A DNA stretch of 54,167 bases from Ignavibacteriales bacterium (GTDB lineage Bacteria > Bacteroidota > Ignavibacteria > UBA10030). The DNA lies in NCBI GenBank assembly GCA_016194505.1, contig JACQBK010000009.1, forward strand, positions 1-54,167, read 5' to 3'. Below, piece by piece: positions 28,599-37,625 of the stretch (the stretch's first letter is position 1; each line of letters starts with the position of its first letter). The position numbers and the translations under genes are program-made. Under the pieces are notes generated by a model. That model was not told where the DNA came from, did no database searches, and was given only the letters and a program-made list of their open reading frames with translations.

Positions 28599-31280
28599 AT
28601 GACAACCAGCGCCGACAATAAAACAACATTTCTTTTCTTCGAAAAACTCAGTCGGTCTCAACGAAAGCTGTTATCCGCCTTCACGCTCATTTTAGTTGTC
28701 GTTTTTGTCGGGCTTGCCTTTCTTCTTTCTCAGTTTATAGATTTTACTTCGCGAACAAGCAAACAGTTCTCTGCCTCCACGGCGAGAGATACTCTTGTCC
28801 TTGAAGGGTATCGTCTTTCACTCAGCGTTTACCGGATAGGACAAGAAGCATATACCAACCCCGCTCAGCGCGATAGCCTCCAACTTTTGTACCAACGTTC
28901 AATTGATAACTTAGAGCAAGTCAAGCAACACTACCTTGCGCTTCTTGCGTACGCAGGAAGCGAAGAACGCGGTTTTCTGCTTGCGGAATTTAATAATTTC
29001 TGGTCGTCTGCGGATGTCCTGATTGCAAGAACTGGTTACCTGTTGAACGAATCTCGTAGCGGCAATAGTACTGATAAAACATTAGCGGATGGACTCAAGG
29101 GCGATTTTTTTTCTGCTGACGATAAATTCTATAAAACAATACGGACACATTTCGACAAACTTCTCAGTGCAGAGTTAAGAGAAAATGCCTCGCAAATCTT
29201 GTCATCCAGCCAACGTGTGGAACAAGTCGGCTATCGTTGGTTTTTTATTGCTTTCTTATTATTTGGCTTAGGTGCTACGATCGCGTTTATTATAACAAGG
29301 CAGGGGAAGCATTTTCAAGAGGGTACGCGCCGCTTTCAGACGTTGCTGGATTACTCTATCAACCCCATCCTGATAGTATCGCCCAGTGGTAGTGTTCTCT
29401 ATGCGAATCCGGCATACGAGCAGTGGTCAGGCTTAAGACGGTCAGATTTGGTAGATCACCCGGCGTTTGCAGGAGTTACGTTGTTAAATCAAAGTAAGGA
29501 TGGAGAAAGTTTTTGGGAGTTGATCTCACCAACATTAAAAGCCGGTAAAGCTTGGTCCGGTGACGTTGAAATTAACAGGAAGCACGAGGGCAGAATTTTT
29601 ACATTGTTAATCATCTCTCCGGTATTGGATGCGTCAGGGCAGTTAGTAGAATGTATTAGTATCCATCATGATGTAACGGAGCGACGAGAGCTGGCGCGTA
29701 AGTTTGAGGAGTCACAAGAAAAATACCAAAACATTGTCGAAAGCTCGCTTGATGGTATTGTCATTGTGCAGGATGGGAAGCTGGTGTTTGTCAATTTTTC
29801 CGCTGTCAAAATTTTCGGCTATGAATCTGCCGAAGAAATGAAGACCCTTACCTTCACGGATACAGTGGCTCCTGCCAGCAGGTTCTTTGTCCTCGAAGGT
29901 TATCAGGACCGCCTCATTGGAGAAGACATTCTGCGCAATCACGAAATCAAGGGGCTTACAAAACAAGGGAGAATTATTGACCTTGAAGTCAGTGCGAAGC
30001 TTGTTTCGTGGAATGGAAAAACCGCCGTGCAGGCTTCTTTCCGTGATGTTACAGAGCGGAAAACCCTTGAGCGGGAACAAGCGTTATGGTTGTGGGAACA
30101 GGAAACCATGAGCGCAATTGACCGTCAACTTGTTTCGAGCGTTGATTTGCGCGTGGTGTTGGATACCATTTCCTATCATGCAAAAATTCTTACGCGCGCT
30201 GATTGGGCGGGAGTTATGATGGTTGATCCTACCGCAACCCAGGCTCTTTGGCGTGCTGCAAAAGGCAATAAAACTCCTCTTTCAACGGAGTCATTTCAAT
30301 TAGGCGCGGCGATGCGGGAAATTGTCAAAAGCGAAGAGCCACTGGTGATGCAAGATTTAGGAATCAACCCGAGATTCCCTATCAATGAGTTCCCTCCCTT
30401 TCAAGAGGAAAATATTGTTTCTGCAGCGCGATTTCCCCTCATCGTGGAAAAAGAAATCCGTGGGCAGCTTGTCATAGGGTATCGCCAGTATCACGAGTTT
30501 TCTGCGCGGGAGATCCGCCTTCTCAGCTCCCTTGCGGAAAAATCTTCCATTGCTTTGGCGAATGCCCAGTTGTACGATAGCCTGCTTTCCCGCGAACGTG
30601 ACCTTGAGTTGCTTTCCGGCGCGCGCGTTAACGCGCAAGAGGAAGAACGCCGGCGCATTGCGCGCGAGATTCACGATAGCCTGGGCCAATTGCTGACGGC
30701 AATCAAATTTAACGTCGAAATTTTCGAGGATGTTGTCAATCTTCAGGGAAGTGATGAACGGCAGCGAATCGAGGATATTAAATCGTTACTCGATAACGCT
30801 ATGAGTGAAGCGCGTGAAATTTCTTATAATCTTATGCCGAGCGTGTTGGTTGATTTCGGTTTGGCGCCTGCTTTGCAATTGCTGTGCGAGCAGTTTTCTA
30901 AACGAAATAATCTACGTATTCTCTTTCACTCGAACGGTGTCGATAAACGGCTCGACCCGACGGTCGAAATCGGCTTGTACCGGATTATTCAGGAAGCGTT
31001 GAATAATGTAGCGAAACACGCAGAGGCGCAAGAGGTTAATGTGCAGTTGATAGGGGATTCCAAAACCATCCGATTGACGATTGATGATAACGGTAAAGGC
31101 TTTTACGTTCCTCGGTTTGACGTGGGGAAACAAGAGCGGCATGGTATGGGGTTAGTAAGCATGCGTGAGCGGGTTGCCTCCTTCAATGGAGTCTTTACGC
31201 TCGATTCAAAGGCGGGGCAAGGAACGGAGATTATCGTCGAAATTCCAGTGATACATTCAAATGACGATGGACAAAATTAA
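28599..31280 (+). CDS. Membrane sensor histidine kinase (2 TM, PAS-PAS-GAF, NarX-type HisKA_3)
   Basis: EEERRRIAREIHDSLGQ H-box, QEALNNVAKHA, DDNGKGF, GMGLVSMRER. Confidence 0.93.
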   Translation: MTTSADNKTTFLFFEKLSRSQRKLLSAFTLILVVVFVGLAFLLSQFIDFTSRTSKQFSASTARDTLVLEGYRLSLSVYRIGQEAYTNPAQRDSLQLLYQRSIDNLEQVKQHYLALLAYAGSEERGFLLAEFNNFWSSADVLIARTGYLLNESRSGNSTDKTLADGLKGDFFSADDKFYKTIRTHFDKLLSAELRENASQILSSSQRVEQVGYRWFFIAFLLFGLGATIAFIITRQGKHFQEGTRRFQTLLDYSINPILIVSPSGSVLYANPAYEQWSGLRRSDLVDHPAFAGVTLLNQSKDGESFWELISPTLKAGKAWSGDVEINRKHEGRIFTLLIISPVLDASGQLVECISIHHDVTERRELARKFEESQEKYQNIVESSLDGIVIVQDGKLVFVNFSAVKIFGYESAEEMKTLTFTDTVAPASRFFVLEGYQDRLIGEDILRNHEIKGLTKQGRIIDLEVSAKLVSWNGKTAVQASFRDVTERKTLEREQALWLWEQETMSAIDRQLVSSVDLRVVLDTISYHAKILTRADWAGVMMVDPTATQALWRAAKGNKTPLSTESFQLGAAMREIVKSEEPLVMQDLGINPRFPINEFPPFQEENIVSAARFPLIVEKEIRGQLVIGYRQYHEFSAREIRLLSSLAEKSSIALANAQLYDSLLSRERDLELLSGARVNAQEEERRRIAREIHDSLGQLLTAIKFNVEIFEDVVNLQGSDERQRIEDIKSLLDNAMSEAREISYNLMPSVLVDFGLAPALQLLCEQFSKRNNLRILFHSNGVDKRLDPTVEIGLYRIIQEALNNVAKHAEAQEVNVQLIGDSKTIRLTIDDNGKGFYVPRFDVGKQERHGMGLVSMRERVASFNGVFTLDSKAGQGTEIIVEIPVIHSNDDGQN

Positions 31281-31953
31281 AATTCTCTTGGCAGATGACC
31301 ATGCTCTCATCCGTAGTGGCATTACGACCCTTTTGCAGGGCAGCGCGGATTTTTTCGTTATAGGAGAAGCCAAAGACGGGGTAGAAGCTATTCAGAAAGC
31401 AAAAGAGCTAAACCCCGATGTCATCGTTATTGACCTTTCTATGCCGAAACTTTCCGGCATAGAGGCTACAAAGATTATTAAAAAAAAACACCCTCATATT
31501 CGCGTGTTGGTTCTGACGATGCATGAAAACGAGGAATATGTTTATCAAATTCTTAAATCAGGAGCTAGCGGCTACGTTCTCAAAAGCGCAGGCAAAGAAG
31601 AGTTATCCTCTGCTATTCGCTCCGTCGCCCGAGGGGAGAAGTTTTTCAGTCCGAGGGTGTCTCAAATTATGACGGAAGGTTATTTGCGTCGTGCGGAAGA
31701 AGATGAGGTGAAAGGACGGCAGGATGATGTTCCGCTTACCCGGAGGGAAAAAGAAATTTTAGCCTTAGTTGCTAACGGATTAACAAATCAGCAGATTGCC
31801 GACCAATTGTACATCAGCCCACGTACGGTAGATACCCACCGAACAAACATCATGCAGAAGTTGGATATTCATGACGTTGTCAATTTGGTGCGTTATGCCA
31901 TCGATCATGGCGTAACGACACCAAAAGAAAGCGCTGGAGAACAGGAACAGTAG
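31261..31953 (+). CDS. NarL/LuxR-family response regulator
   Basis: LADDH, DLSMP, GYVLK, LTRREKEIL...ISPRTVDTHRTNIMQKL. Confidence 0.95.
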   Translation: MTMDKIKILLADDHALIRSGITTLLQGSADFFVIGEAKDGVEAIQKAKELNPDVIVIDLSMPKLSGIEATKIIKKKHPHIRVLVLTMHENEEYVYQILKSGASGYVLKSAGKEELSSAIRSVARGEKFFSPRVSQIMTEGYLRRAEEDEVKGRQDDVPLTRREKEILALVANGLTNQQIADQLYISPRTVDTHRTNIMQKLDIHDVVNLVRYAIDHGVTTPKESAGEQEQ

Positions 31954-31995
31954 ATTGTATGAACGGAAACGGGTGTACATGGTTATGCGCCAGCG

Positions 31996-33375
31996 TCACT
32001 GGTTCATTTTGTATTTTTTCATCAACCGGTAGAATGTTGCCCTTCCGACTTTAAGCTTGCTTGCCGCTTCAACAATATTTCCGTTTGTAACTTTTAGTGA
32101 GTGACGAAGCGCTTCCTCCTTTAATTTTTCCATAGGCTTAATAATTTCCGTTCCGGCAAAAAGGGGCGAGGATGAAGAGCTTTGGTCTTCTTTTGAACCA
32201 AACGCCTGCACTGCCAGAGGTAGATCTTTCTCAGTGATCATGGTGCCTTCTGCCATAAGAGTGGCGCGCTGGATTGCATTCTCAAGCTCTCGAATATTCC
32301 CGGGCCACGGATAATCATACAACATCTTAAAAGCCCTTTTCGAGAACTTCATATCTTGTTTGGAGATCTCCGCGGAAAACTTTTTCAGAAAGCTTTCTGC
32401 AAGAAGCAGTATATCCGACCGCCTGTCCCGCAACGGGGGGAGCATGATAGGGAATGTCGCCAGCCGGAAATAAAGATCCTCTCGGAATTCTTTTAAGCCG
32501 ATAGCTTTCACTAAATCCCGGTTGGTTGCAGAGATCAGTCGCACATCCGAAGTGAAGGTTTCGTTGCCGCCCACGCGCTCAAATTGTTTGGATTGAATGA
32601 CACGAAGCAATTTCGCTTGCAGACTCAAATCAAGATCACCGATTTCATCGAGGAAGAGCGTGCCGCCATCAGCTTGCTCAAATTTTCCGATCCTTCGCTG
32701 ATGTGCGCCTGTAAACGAGCCCTTTTCGTGCCCAAAGAGCTCGCTTTCAAGCAAATCTTTGGGGATAGAAGCACAGTTGACCACAACGAAGGGATTGTTT
32801 TTTCTTATCCCGTTGAAGTGAACAGCCCGTGCAATAAGCTCCTTTCCAGTTCCGCTTTCACCGAGCACCAATACGCAGATGTCATTGTCTTTCACTTTGT
32901 TGACGAGCTTGAAAACCTCCTGCATTGTTCCGTTATCAGAAATAATGTTGTCGAAGTGGACGGCTTTCTCCATCGAATCTCGCAGGCGGCTTACCTCTCT
33001 CGCCAGATCGTGAGTTTGAAGCGCATTTTTCACTGTAATTTCAAGTTTGGCAAAATCTACCGGCTTGCTGAAATAATCCGTTGCGCCAAGCTTGAGGGTT
33101 TCTATGGCAATCTCAATTTTCCCTTGTGCCGAAAGCATAATCACAGGCAAATCAGGGAAACGTTTCTTTATCTCTTTGAGTATTTCAACTCCGCCGATGC
33201 CGGGCAGCATGATATCGAGCAAAATCAAATCTGGATTGTCGTCTAACGCCTCCAGACACGATTCCCCGTTGATAAAAGTTCTTGATTGGTACCCCCATCG
33301 CTTCGTAACCCAGTGTTCGAGCAAACGCGCGATAGTGTCTTCATCGTCAACAATATAGATTAGTTTGTCAGCCAT
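31996..33375 (-). CDS. NtrC-family sigma54 enhancer-binding response regulator
   Basis: Receiver domain, GESGTGKE, ESELFGHEKGSFTGA, FLDEIG, WPGNIRELEN, Fis-type HTH. Confidence 0.95.
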   Translation of the reverse strand: MADKLIYIVDDEDTIARLLEHWVTKRWGYQSRTFINGESCLEALDDNPDLILLDIMLPGIGGVEILKEIKKRFPDLPVIMLSAQGKIEIAIETLKLGATDYFSKPVDFAKLEITVKNALQTHDLAREVSRLRDSMEKAVHFDNIISDNGTMQEVFKLVNKVKDNDICVLVLGESGTGKELIARAVHFNGIRKNNPFVVVNCASIPKDLLESELFGHEKGSFTGAHQRRIGKFEQADGGTLFLDEIGDLDLSLQAKLLRVIQSKQFERVGGNETFTSDVRLISATNRDLVKAIGLKEFREDLYFRLATFPIMLPPLRDRRSDILLLAESFLKKFSAEISKQDMKFSKRAFKMLYDYPWPGNIRELENAIQRATLMAEGTMITEKDLPLAVQAFGSKEDQSSSSSPLFAGTEIIKPMEKLKEEALRHSLKVTNGNIVEAASKLKVGRATFYRLMKKYKMNQ

Positions 33376-33417
33376 AGTATGTATATATGTTTGGTTGTGG
33401 TAAATGAAACCGGGTTA

Positions 33418-34119
33418 TTACCAATTTGGGAATTCCAGTTTCATGGTCAAAATATGCTCTTCGCCGGTTGTGACCGTCAAACGTCCCCCTTGAAGTTCGA
33501 CAAGTTGTTTCGCAAATGCCAAGCCTAATCCCTGTTCGCGTATTTCCACATGAGGCGCGTGTACCCAAGTAAAATTGTTTACCAATGTCTCCCCATGAGC
33601 ATCCGGCGATTGTGTTAATTCGCTTCGGATTTGAATTTGAATGGACGAGACGTATCTCGAAACATCTGCATGGATTTGGGAATCCGTGGGAGAAAAACTG
33701 ATCGCATTGTTAAGCAAATTTTCTATGATTTGGATGATCTTCATTGCATTGAGTTTCGATGGCAGCGTAATCGGTTCGAGATGCGATATAATGTTGATGG
33801 ACTTTGCCTCTGCCTTCGATCTCACTAAAGCAATTGAGGACATCACAAGAGTGCTTATATCTTCTTTAGGAACAGTCGCTAGGACTTTTACTCTTGGCTG
33901 AACCTTTGTCCCCAAGTAGTAGTCTATAAAACTTGAGAGGCGTTTTCCCTCGTCTCGTATGATCTTGGCATATTCTTGGCGCGCTTTGAGTGAAAGTCGT
34001 GGATCGTTGAGCATGATTTCGGCATACCCAATGATTGAGGTAAGCGGCGTGCGCAATTCGTGCGAGATACTTCCTGGCGATTCCTTGTTGCTATCTATCT
34101 TTGGATTCGGGATGCTCAT
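33418..34119 (-). CDS. Sensor-less histidine kinase-like protein with degenerate ATP-binding domain
   Basis: SHELRTPLTSIIGY H-box, NLLNNA N-box and GLGLA G2 are present; no DxGxG box and no input domain. Confidence 0.8.
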   Translation of the reverse strand: MSIPNPKIDSNKESPGSISHELRTPLTSIIGYAEIMLNDPRLSLKARQEYAKIIRDEGKRLSSFIDYYLGTKVQPRVKVLATVPKEDISTLVMSSIALVRSKAEAKSINIISHLEPITLPSKLNAMKIIQIIENLLNNAISFSPTDSQIHADVSRYVSSIQIQIRSELTQSPDAHGETLVNNFTWVHAPHVEIREQGLGLAFAKQLVELQGGRLTVTTGEEHILTMKLEFPNW

Positions 34120-34256
34120 AAGTTTTCCTATTGTTTAAAGCGCTGAACGACGGCTGTGTCTTCAGCTTAATGAGTATCGAATAGATTCAGATTACGAAAC
34201 AGATTCTCTATATACATGTGCGAGTGGCTCTGTTGTTATCCTTACCATTTTATAAC

Positions 34257-34271
34257 TCAATACTTGTGCCA
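34257..34271 (-). promoter_or_regulatory. sigma54 -24/-12 promoter for the kinase-NtrC operon
   Basis: Minus strand TGGCAC-AAGTA-TTGA. Confidence 0.7.
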
Positions 34272-34418
34272 ACGAATTATGCCTCAAACAATAAGTTTTT
34301 GACCATTTTCTATAAGAAAAAACACCGTCCTGTATCAATATAAGAATTAAATTGCGTTAAAAATTGATTAATGATTAGTTATCGCTTAATTTATTAAAAA
34401 TTAAACAAAAATACAGTA

Positions 34419-34453
34419 GTATCATTTTGATTCAGCAATATCATTTTGAGACA
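34419..34453. promoter_or_regulatory. Tandem candidate enhancer (UAS) sites
   Basis: GTATCATTTTGATTCA and ATATCATTTTGAGACA, 19 bp start-to-start. Confidence 0.6.
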
Positions 34454-34504
34454 TCAATTTCGAGAAAACCTCAAATTTTCTCAAAAAAACAAGGAAATCT
34501 CGTT

Positions 34505-34519
34505 TGGCACGGCGTTTGA
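34505..34519 (+). promoter_or_regulatory. sigma54 promoter of pilin-like gene 1
   Basis: TGGCAC-GGCGT-TTGA. Confidence 0.75.
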
Positions 34520-34572
34520 GATAATACTAATCAAACAAATTACTCAACAACAAAATGTCAACGGAGAATACA

Positions 34573-35073
34573 ATGAAAAAGTCAATCTTAACAATCGCCC
34601 TCGTAGTTCTTAGCTCAGCCATGATCCAAAAAGCAATGGCACAAGCAACTGCAACACAGACTGTTACTTTAGCTGTGAACGCGGTTTATAAGATAGCAAC
34701 ATCCGGCAACCCCGGTGCCTTAACGGTTACCACGGGTAGTGCCGGAACAGATGCTTTAACGTCCGTCAGCGACAACTCGACGTCCTACAGCATCACCCAG
34801 AATTTTGGCAACACAGTGAAGATCACAGCGAACTTAGATGCAGCGTTAAGCGCCGGCTACACGCTTCAATTGAACTTAGCCAGCAGCAAAGGCACCAGTG
34901 CAGGTAGCGTTGATATCTCCAATGCGACCTCAGGCAGTGCGGTGAACGTGGTAACGGCGATAGCAAAGGGTGCAGATGCGAGCCAAGCGATCGGCTACAC
35001 CTTCTCAGCTTTGGCATCAGCCGGAACATTAGCTTCGACTTCTAAAACTGTTACTCTTACCCTTACGAACTAA
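34573..35073 (+). CDS. Secreted pilin-like protein 1 (putative major subunit)
   Basis: Signal peptide AMA|Q, Cys-free Thr/Ala/Ser-rich beta protein, alternating N-terminal strand ATQTVTLAVN, C-terminal KTVTLTLTN; ATG 34573 after GGAG. Confidence 0.7.
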   Translation: MKKSILTIALVVLSSAMIQKAMAQATATQTVTLAVNAVYKIATSGNPGALTVTTGSAGTDALTSVSDNSTSYSITQNFGNTVKITANLDAALSAGYTLQLNLASSKGTSAGSVDISNATSGSAVNVVTAIAKGADASQAIGYTFSALASAGTLASTSKTVTLTLTN

Positions 35074-35114
35074 ATTAAGCTAAGTTGTAAACGCCTCCGA
35101 GCGTAGTAAAGCCT

Positions 35115-35147
35115 AAAAGCTCCCAAGTTTAACTTGGGGGCTTTTTT
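35115..35147 (+). terminator. Rho-independent terminator
   Basis: AAAAGCTCCCAAGT-TTA-ACTTGGGGGCTTTTTT. Confidence 0.85.
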
Positions 35148-35237
35148 GTTTTTTAGACATAGATAGGTTGGTAAAAATGGTTTCTGCTTTGTTCAGAATG
35201 CCACAGGCACTTTCCTTATTTTAAAGGCAATTTCGCT

Positions 35238-35335
35238 ATCTCATTTTGATTCATAGAAATCAAAATGATACACAATAGTGAAAATAATGCAGTAAAATCA
35301 GTTGTTTCTGCAAGTTATACTGGCACAATAGTTGA
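35238..35335 (+). promoter_or_regulatory. Tandem UAS sites plus sigma54 promoter of pilin-like gene 2
   Basis: ATCTCATTTTGATTCA (35238) and AAATCAAAATGATACA (35257), 19 bp apart; TGGCAC-AATAG-TTGA at 35321-35335. Confidence 0.72.
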
Positions 35336-35396
35336 AATACTATAATTAGAAAACGAAACCAAACAACCACAATCACCAAATCAAACAGGAGTTTAT

Positions 35397-35897
35397 ATGA
35401 AACAAATTCTCATCACACTCACACTGGTAGTCCTAAGCTCAATCCTTATCGAAACGGCATTTGCTCAAGTCACTGCCACCCAAAGCGTTTCCTTAACCGT
35501 GAATACGGTTTATAAGATAGCAACATCCGGTAACCCCGGTGCCTTAACGGTCACCACGGGTAGTGCCGGAACAGATGCTTTAACGTCCGTCAGCGACAAC
35601 TCGACATCCTACAGCATCACCCAGAATTTTGGCAACACAGTGAAGATCACAGCGAACTTAGATGCAGCGTTAAGCGCCGGCTACACGCTTCAATTGAACT
35701 TAGCCAGCAGCAAAGGTACCAGTGCAGGTAGCGTTGATATCTCCAATGCGACCTCAGGCAGTGCGGTGAACGTGGTAACGGCGATAGCAAAGGGTGCAGA
35801 TGCGAGCCAAGCGATCGGCTACACCTTCTCAGCTTTGGCATCAGCCGGAACGTTAGCTTCGACTTCTAAGACTGTTACTTTGACATTAACGAACTAA
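35397..35897 (+). CDS. Secreted pilin-like protein 2 (last 129 aa identical to protein 1)
   Basis: Signal peptide AFA|Q; 35506-35897 matches 34682-35073 apart from synonymous changes. Confidence 0.7.
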   Translation: MKQILITLTLVVLSSILIETAFAQVTATQSVSLTVNTVYKIATSGNPGALTVTTGSAGTDALTSVSDNSTSYSITQNFGNTVKITANLDAALSAGYTLQLNLASSKGTSAGSVDISNATSGSAVNVVTAIAKGADASQAIGYTFSALASAGTLASTSKTVTLTLTN

Positions 35898-35914
35898 TTT
35901 TGAGTTGGTGGGAA

Positions 35915-35954
35915 TTCCGCGACTGGCAAATCTAACAAACGACCGGTCGCGGAA
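35915..35954 (+). promoter_or_regulatory. Intercistronic hairpin without a U-tract
   Basis: TTCCGCGACTGG...CCGGTCGCGGAA. Confidence 0.5.
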
Positions 35955-35981
35955 ATTCACATTGTAAGAAAGACCCAAGCC

Positions 35982-36488
35982 GTGAACGTTCGATACCGAC
36001 ATATTGCGAAAGGATTTTGGAGATTACTCTTCTTTGGGGTAATCTTTTCGCAGTTTGTACGGGCACAGGGAGTCAATACACAACAGGTAATAACGCTCCA
36101 AGTGGTCGAACTTAACAAAATAGGCATTAATCTCAATACCGTTAATCTGCTTATTGATCAAGCGTCTTTTGAACAGGGTCAGCCGTTGCCAGCGGAAAAT
36201 TCCGATGGGACTCTGGTATGGACAACCAACGGAGATAATAAAAAAATTACCGTATCCAGTAACCAAACCTCTCCACGGTTCACTCTTAAATTGATAGCAC
36301 AGCCTGAGAACAATGCGGACATTGCCGCACCGGAGATTACGCTGAATGATAATACCATTCATGATTTGGTCATGGGAGTCTCAAGGCGGTCCGGGAAATG
36401 CAGAATTAGATTGAACGCCTCTGCAACGCTTTCTGACGGCGTTGGGATAGAAAATCACGTTATAACTTACACGATTACAAGCAGTTAG
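35982..36488 (+). CDS. Secreted pilin-like protein 3 (minor subunit candidate)
   Basis: VRA|Q signal, TQQVITLQVVE, KKITV, AAPEITL, HVITYTITSS. Confidence 0.65.
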   Translation: MNVRYRHIAKGFWRLLFFGVIFSQFVRAQGVNTQQVITLQVVELNKIGINLNTVNLLIDQASFEQGQPLPAENSDGTLVWTTNGDNKKITVSSNQTSPRFTLKLIAQPENNADIAAPEITLNDNTIHDLVMGVSRRSGKCRIRLNASATLSDGVGIENHVITYTITSS

Positions 36489-36511
36489 GGCATTTACCAT
36501 CCTCCTTGTGC

Positions 36512-36540
36512 TTGAAAATGAACAACAATGCACCTATATT
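36512..36540 (+). promoter_or_regulatory. Internal sigma70-type promoter
   Basis: TTGAAA-N17-TATATT. Confidence 0.45.
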
Positions 36541-36595
36541 TGATATACCGATGCTACACACCAAACATTGTTACCAGAATCTTCAGTTACGTCGA

Positions 36596-37096
36596 ATGAT
36601 TTTCTTAAAAAGATTTTTTCTTTTTGCGATAGCAGTGTTTTTCTTTTTTTGCGGGACGGAGAGAACGTACGCGCAAGTTTATGGCAGTGCAAGCCATACG
36701 ATAACCGTTGTCGTCAACACGATAACTATGGTGTCTGTGAGTTCCGGTACGGTTAGCATGACAATAACAGGCACAGGTGTGATTGCAGGGCAGAACCAAA
36801 TGACTGTTGCTAACTCAGCCACAAGTTTGCTCTGGGGTGTCAATAGTTCATTGAAAAAAATAACGGCACAAACGAATCTTGTAGCGCCTCTGTTTGCGAT
36901 GAAACTTTTGGCTGTAAGCCCTACGCAAGGCACGGCAGCCCCGGAGATCACATTAAGCACCACTGCCACCGACCTTCTCACAAATATCGGAAGATCAAAA
37001 GGAAGTTGCACATTGCAGTACACCGGCGTTGCGTTAGCCTCGCAAGGCACAGGAACTGATTCCCATACAATCACATTTACTGTTGCAGCTCAATAG
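36596..37096 (+). CDS. Secreted pilin-like protein 4
   Basis: TYA|Q signal, ASHTITVVVN, KKITA, GTAAPEITL, HTITFTVAAQ; start uncertain (36506, 36551 or 36596). Confidence 0.65.
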   Translation: MIFLKRFFLFAIAVFFFFCGTERTYAQVYGSASHTITVVVNTITMVSVSSGTVSMTITGTGVIAGQNQMTVANSATSLLWGVNSSLKKITAQTNLVAPLFAMKLLAVSPTQGTAAPEITLSTTATDLLTNIGRSKGSCTLQYTGVALASQGTGTDSHTITFTVAAQ

Positions 37097-37109
37097 GGCT
37101 TGGTATGAT

Positions 37110-37616
37110 ATGACACATTTTTATTCCTCATATTGGTTACGATGGCTTTGTTCATCAAAAGTATTTTTTACTTTGGTGAGCGTGTTCGGTGCCATTATGC
37201 TAACATCACCTCGCATCCATGCTCAAGTCATTACTGTTACCGGAAATAAAACACTGACCATTACGACTGCTGTTATCGGCTCGGAGCCGACTCCAGTGGT
37301 TAATAGTACATCAACTCTTTCGTATAAAAGGCGTTCGGCTATAGCTAAAATTACTGTTGGGACTTCTTGCCCAAGCCAAAGTTTTACTCTCAAGGTATTA
37401 GCAGTCAGCCCAACAGCCGGTACCGCCGCGCCGGAGGTAACGCTCGCGAATGGTATGTTGGCTACGGATTTTATAATCAATATCCCTTCTGGTAGCACTG
37501 CGGCATGGCGTACTGCCACGCTTCGCTATACAGCCTCAGCGACATTCGCTCAGGGTAACAGCACAGAAATGGGTAATGATGTCCACACCGTTACATACAC
37601 TCTTGTCGTTCAATAA
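37110..37616 (+). CDS. Secreted pilin-like protein 5 (lacks the N-terminal extension)
   Basis: IHA|Q signal, AKITV, GTAAPEVTL, LRYTASA, HTVTYTLVVQ. Confidence 0.65.
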   Translation: MTHFYSSYWLRWLCSSKVFFTLVSVFGAIMLTSPRIHAQVITVTGNKTLTITTAVIGSEPTPVVNSTSTLSYKRRSAIAKITVGTSCPSQSFTLKVLAVSPTAGTAAPEVTLANGMLATDFIINIPSGSTAAWRTATLRYTASATFAQGNSTEMGNDVHTVTYTLVVQ

Positions 37617-37625
37617 GGTCCCTTT

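Noticed and set aside
262-33358. Numerous 60-230 aa ORFs overlapping housekeeping genes in other frames
   Set aside because: Fully overlapped by well-supported genes and lack recognisable motifs
34682-35897. Diversity-generating retroelement TR/VR pair
   Set aside because: Differences are synonymous and not adenine-specific, both copies are intact genes, and no reverse transcriptase is present
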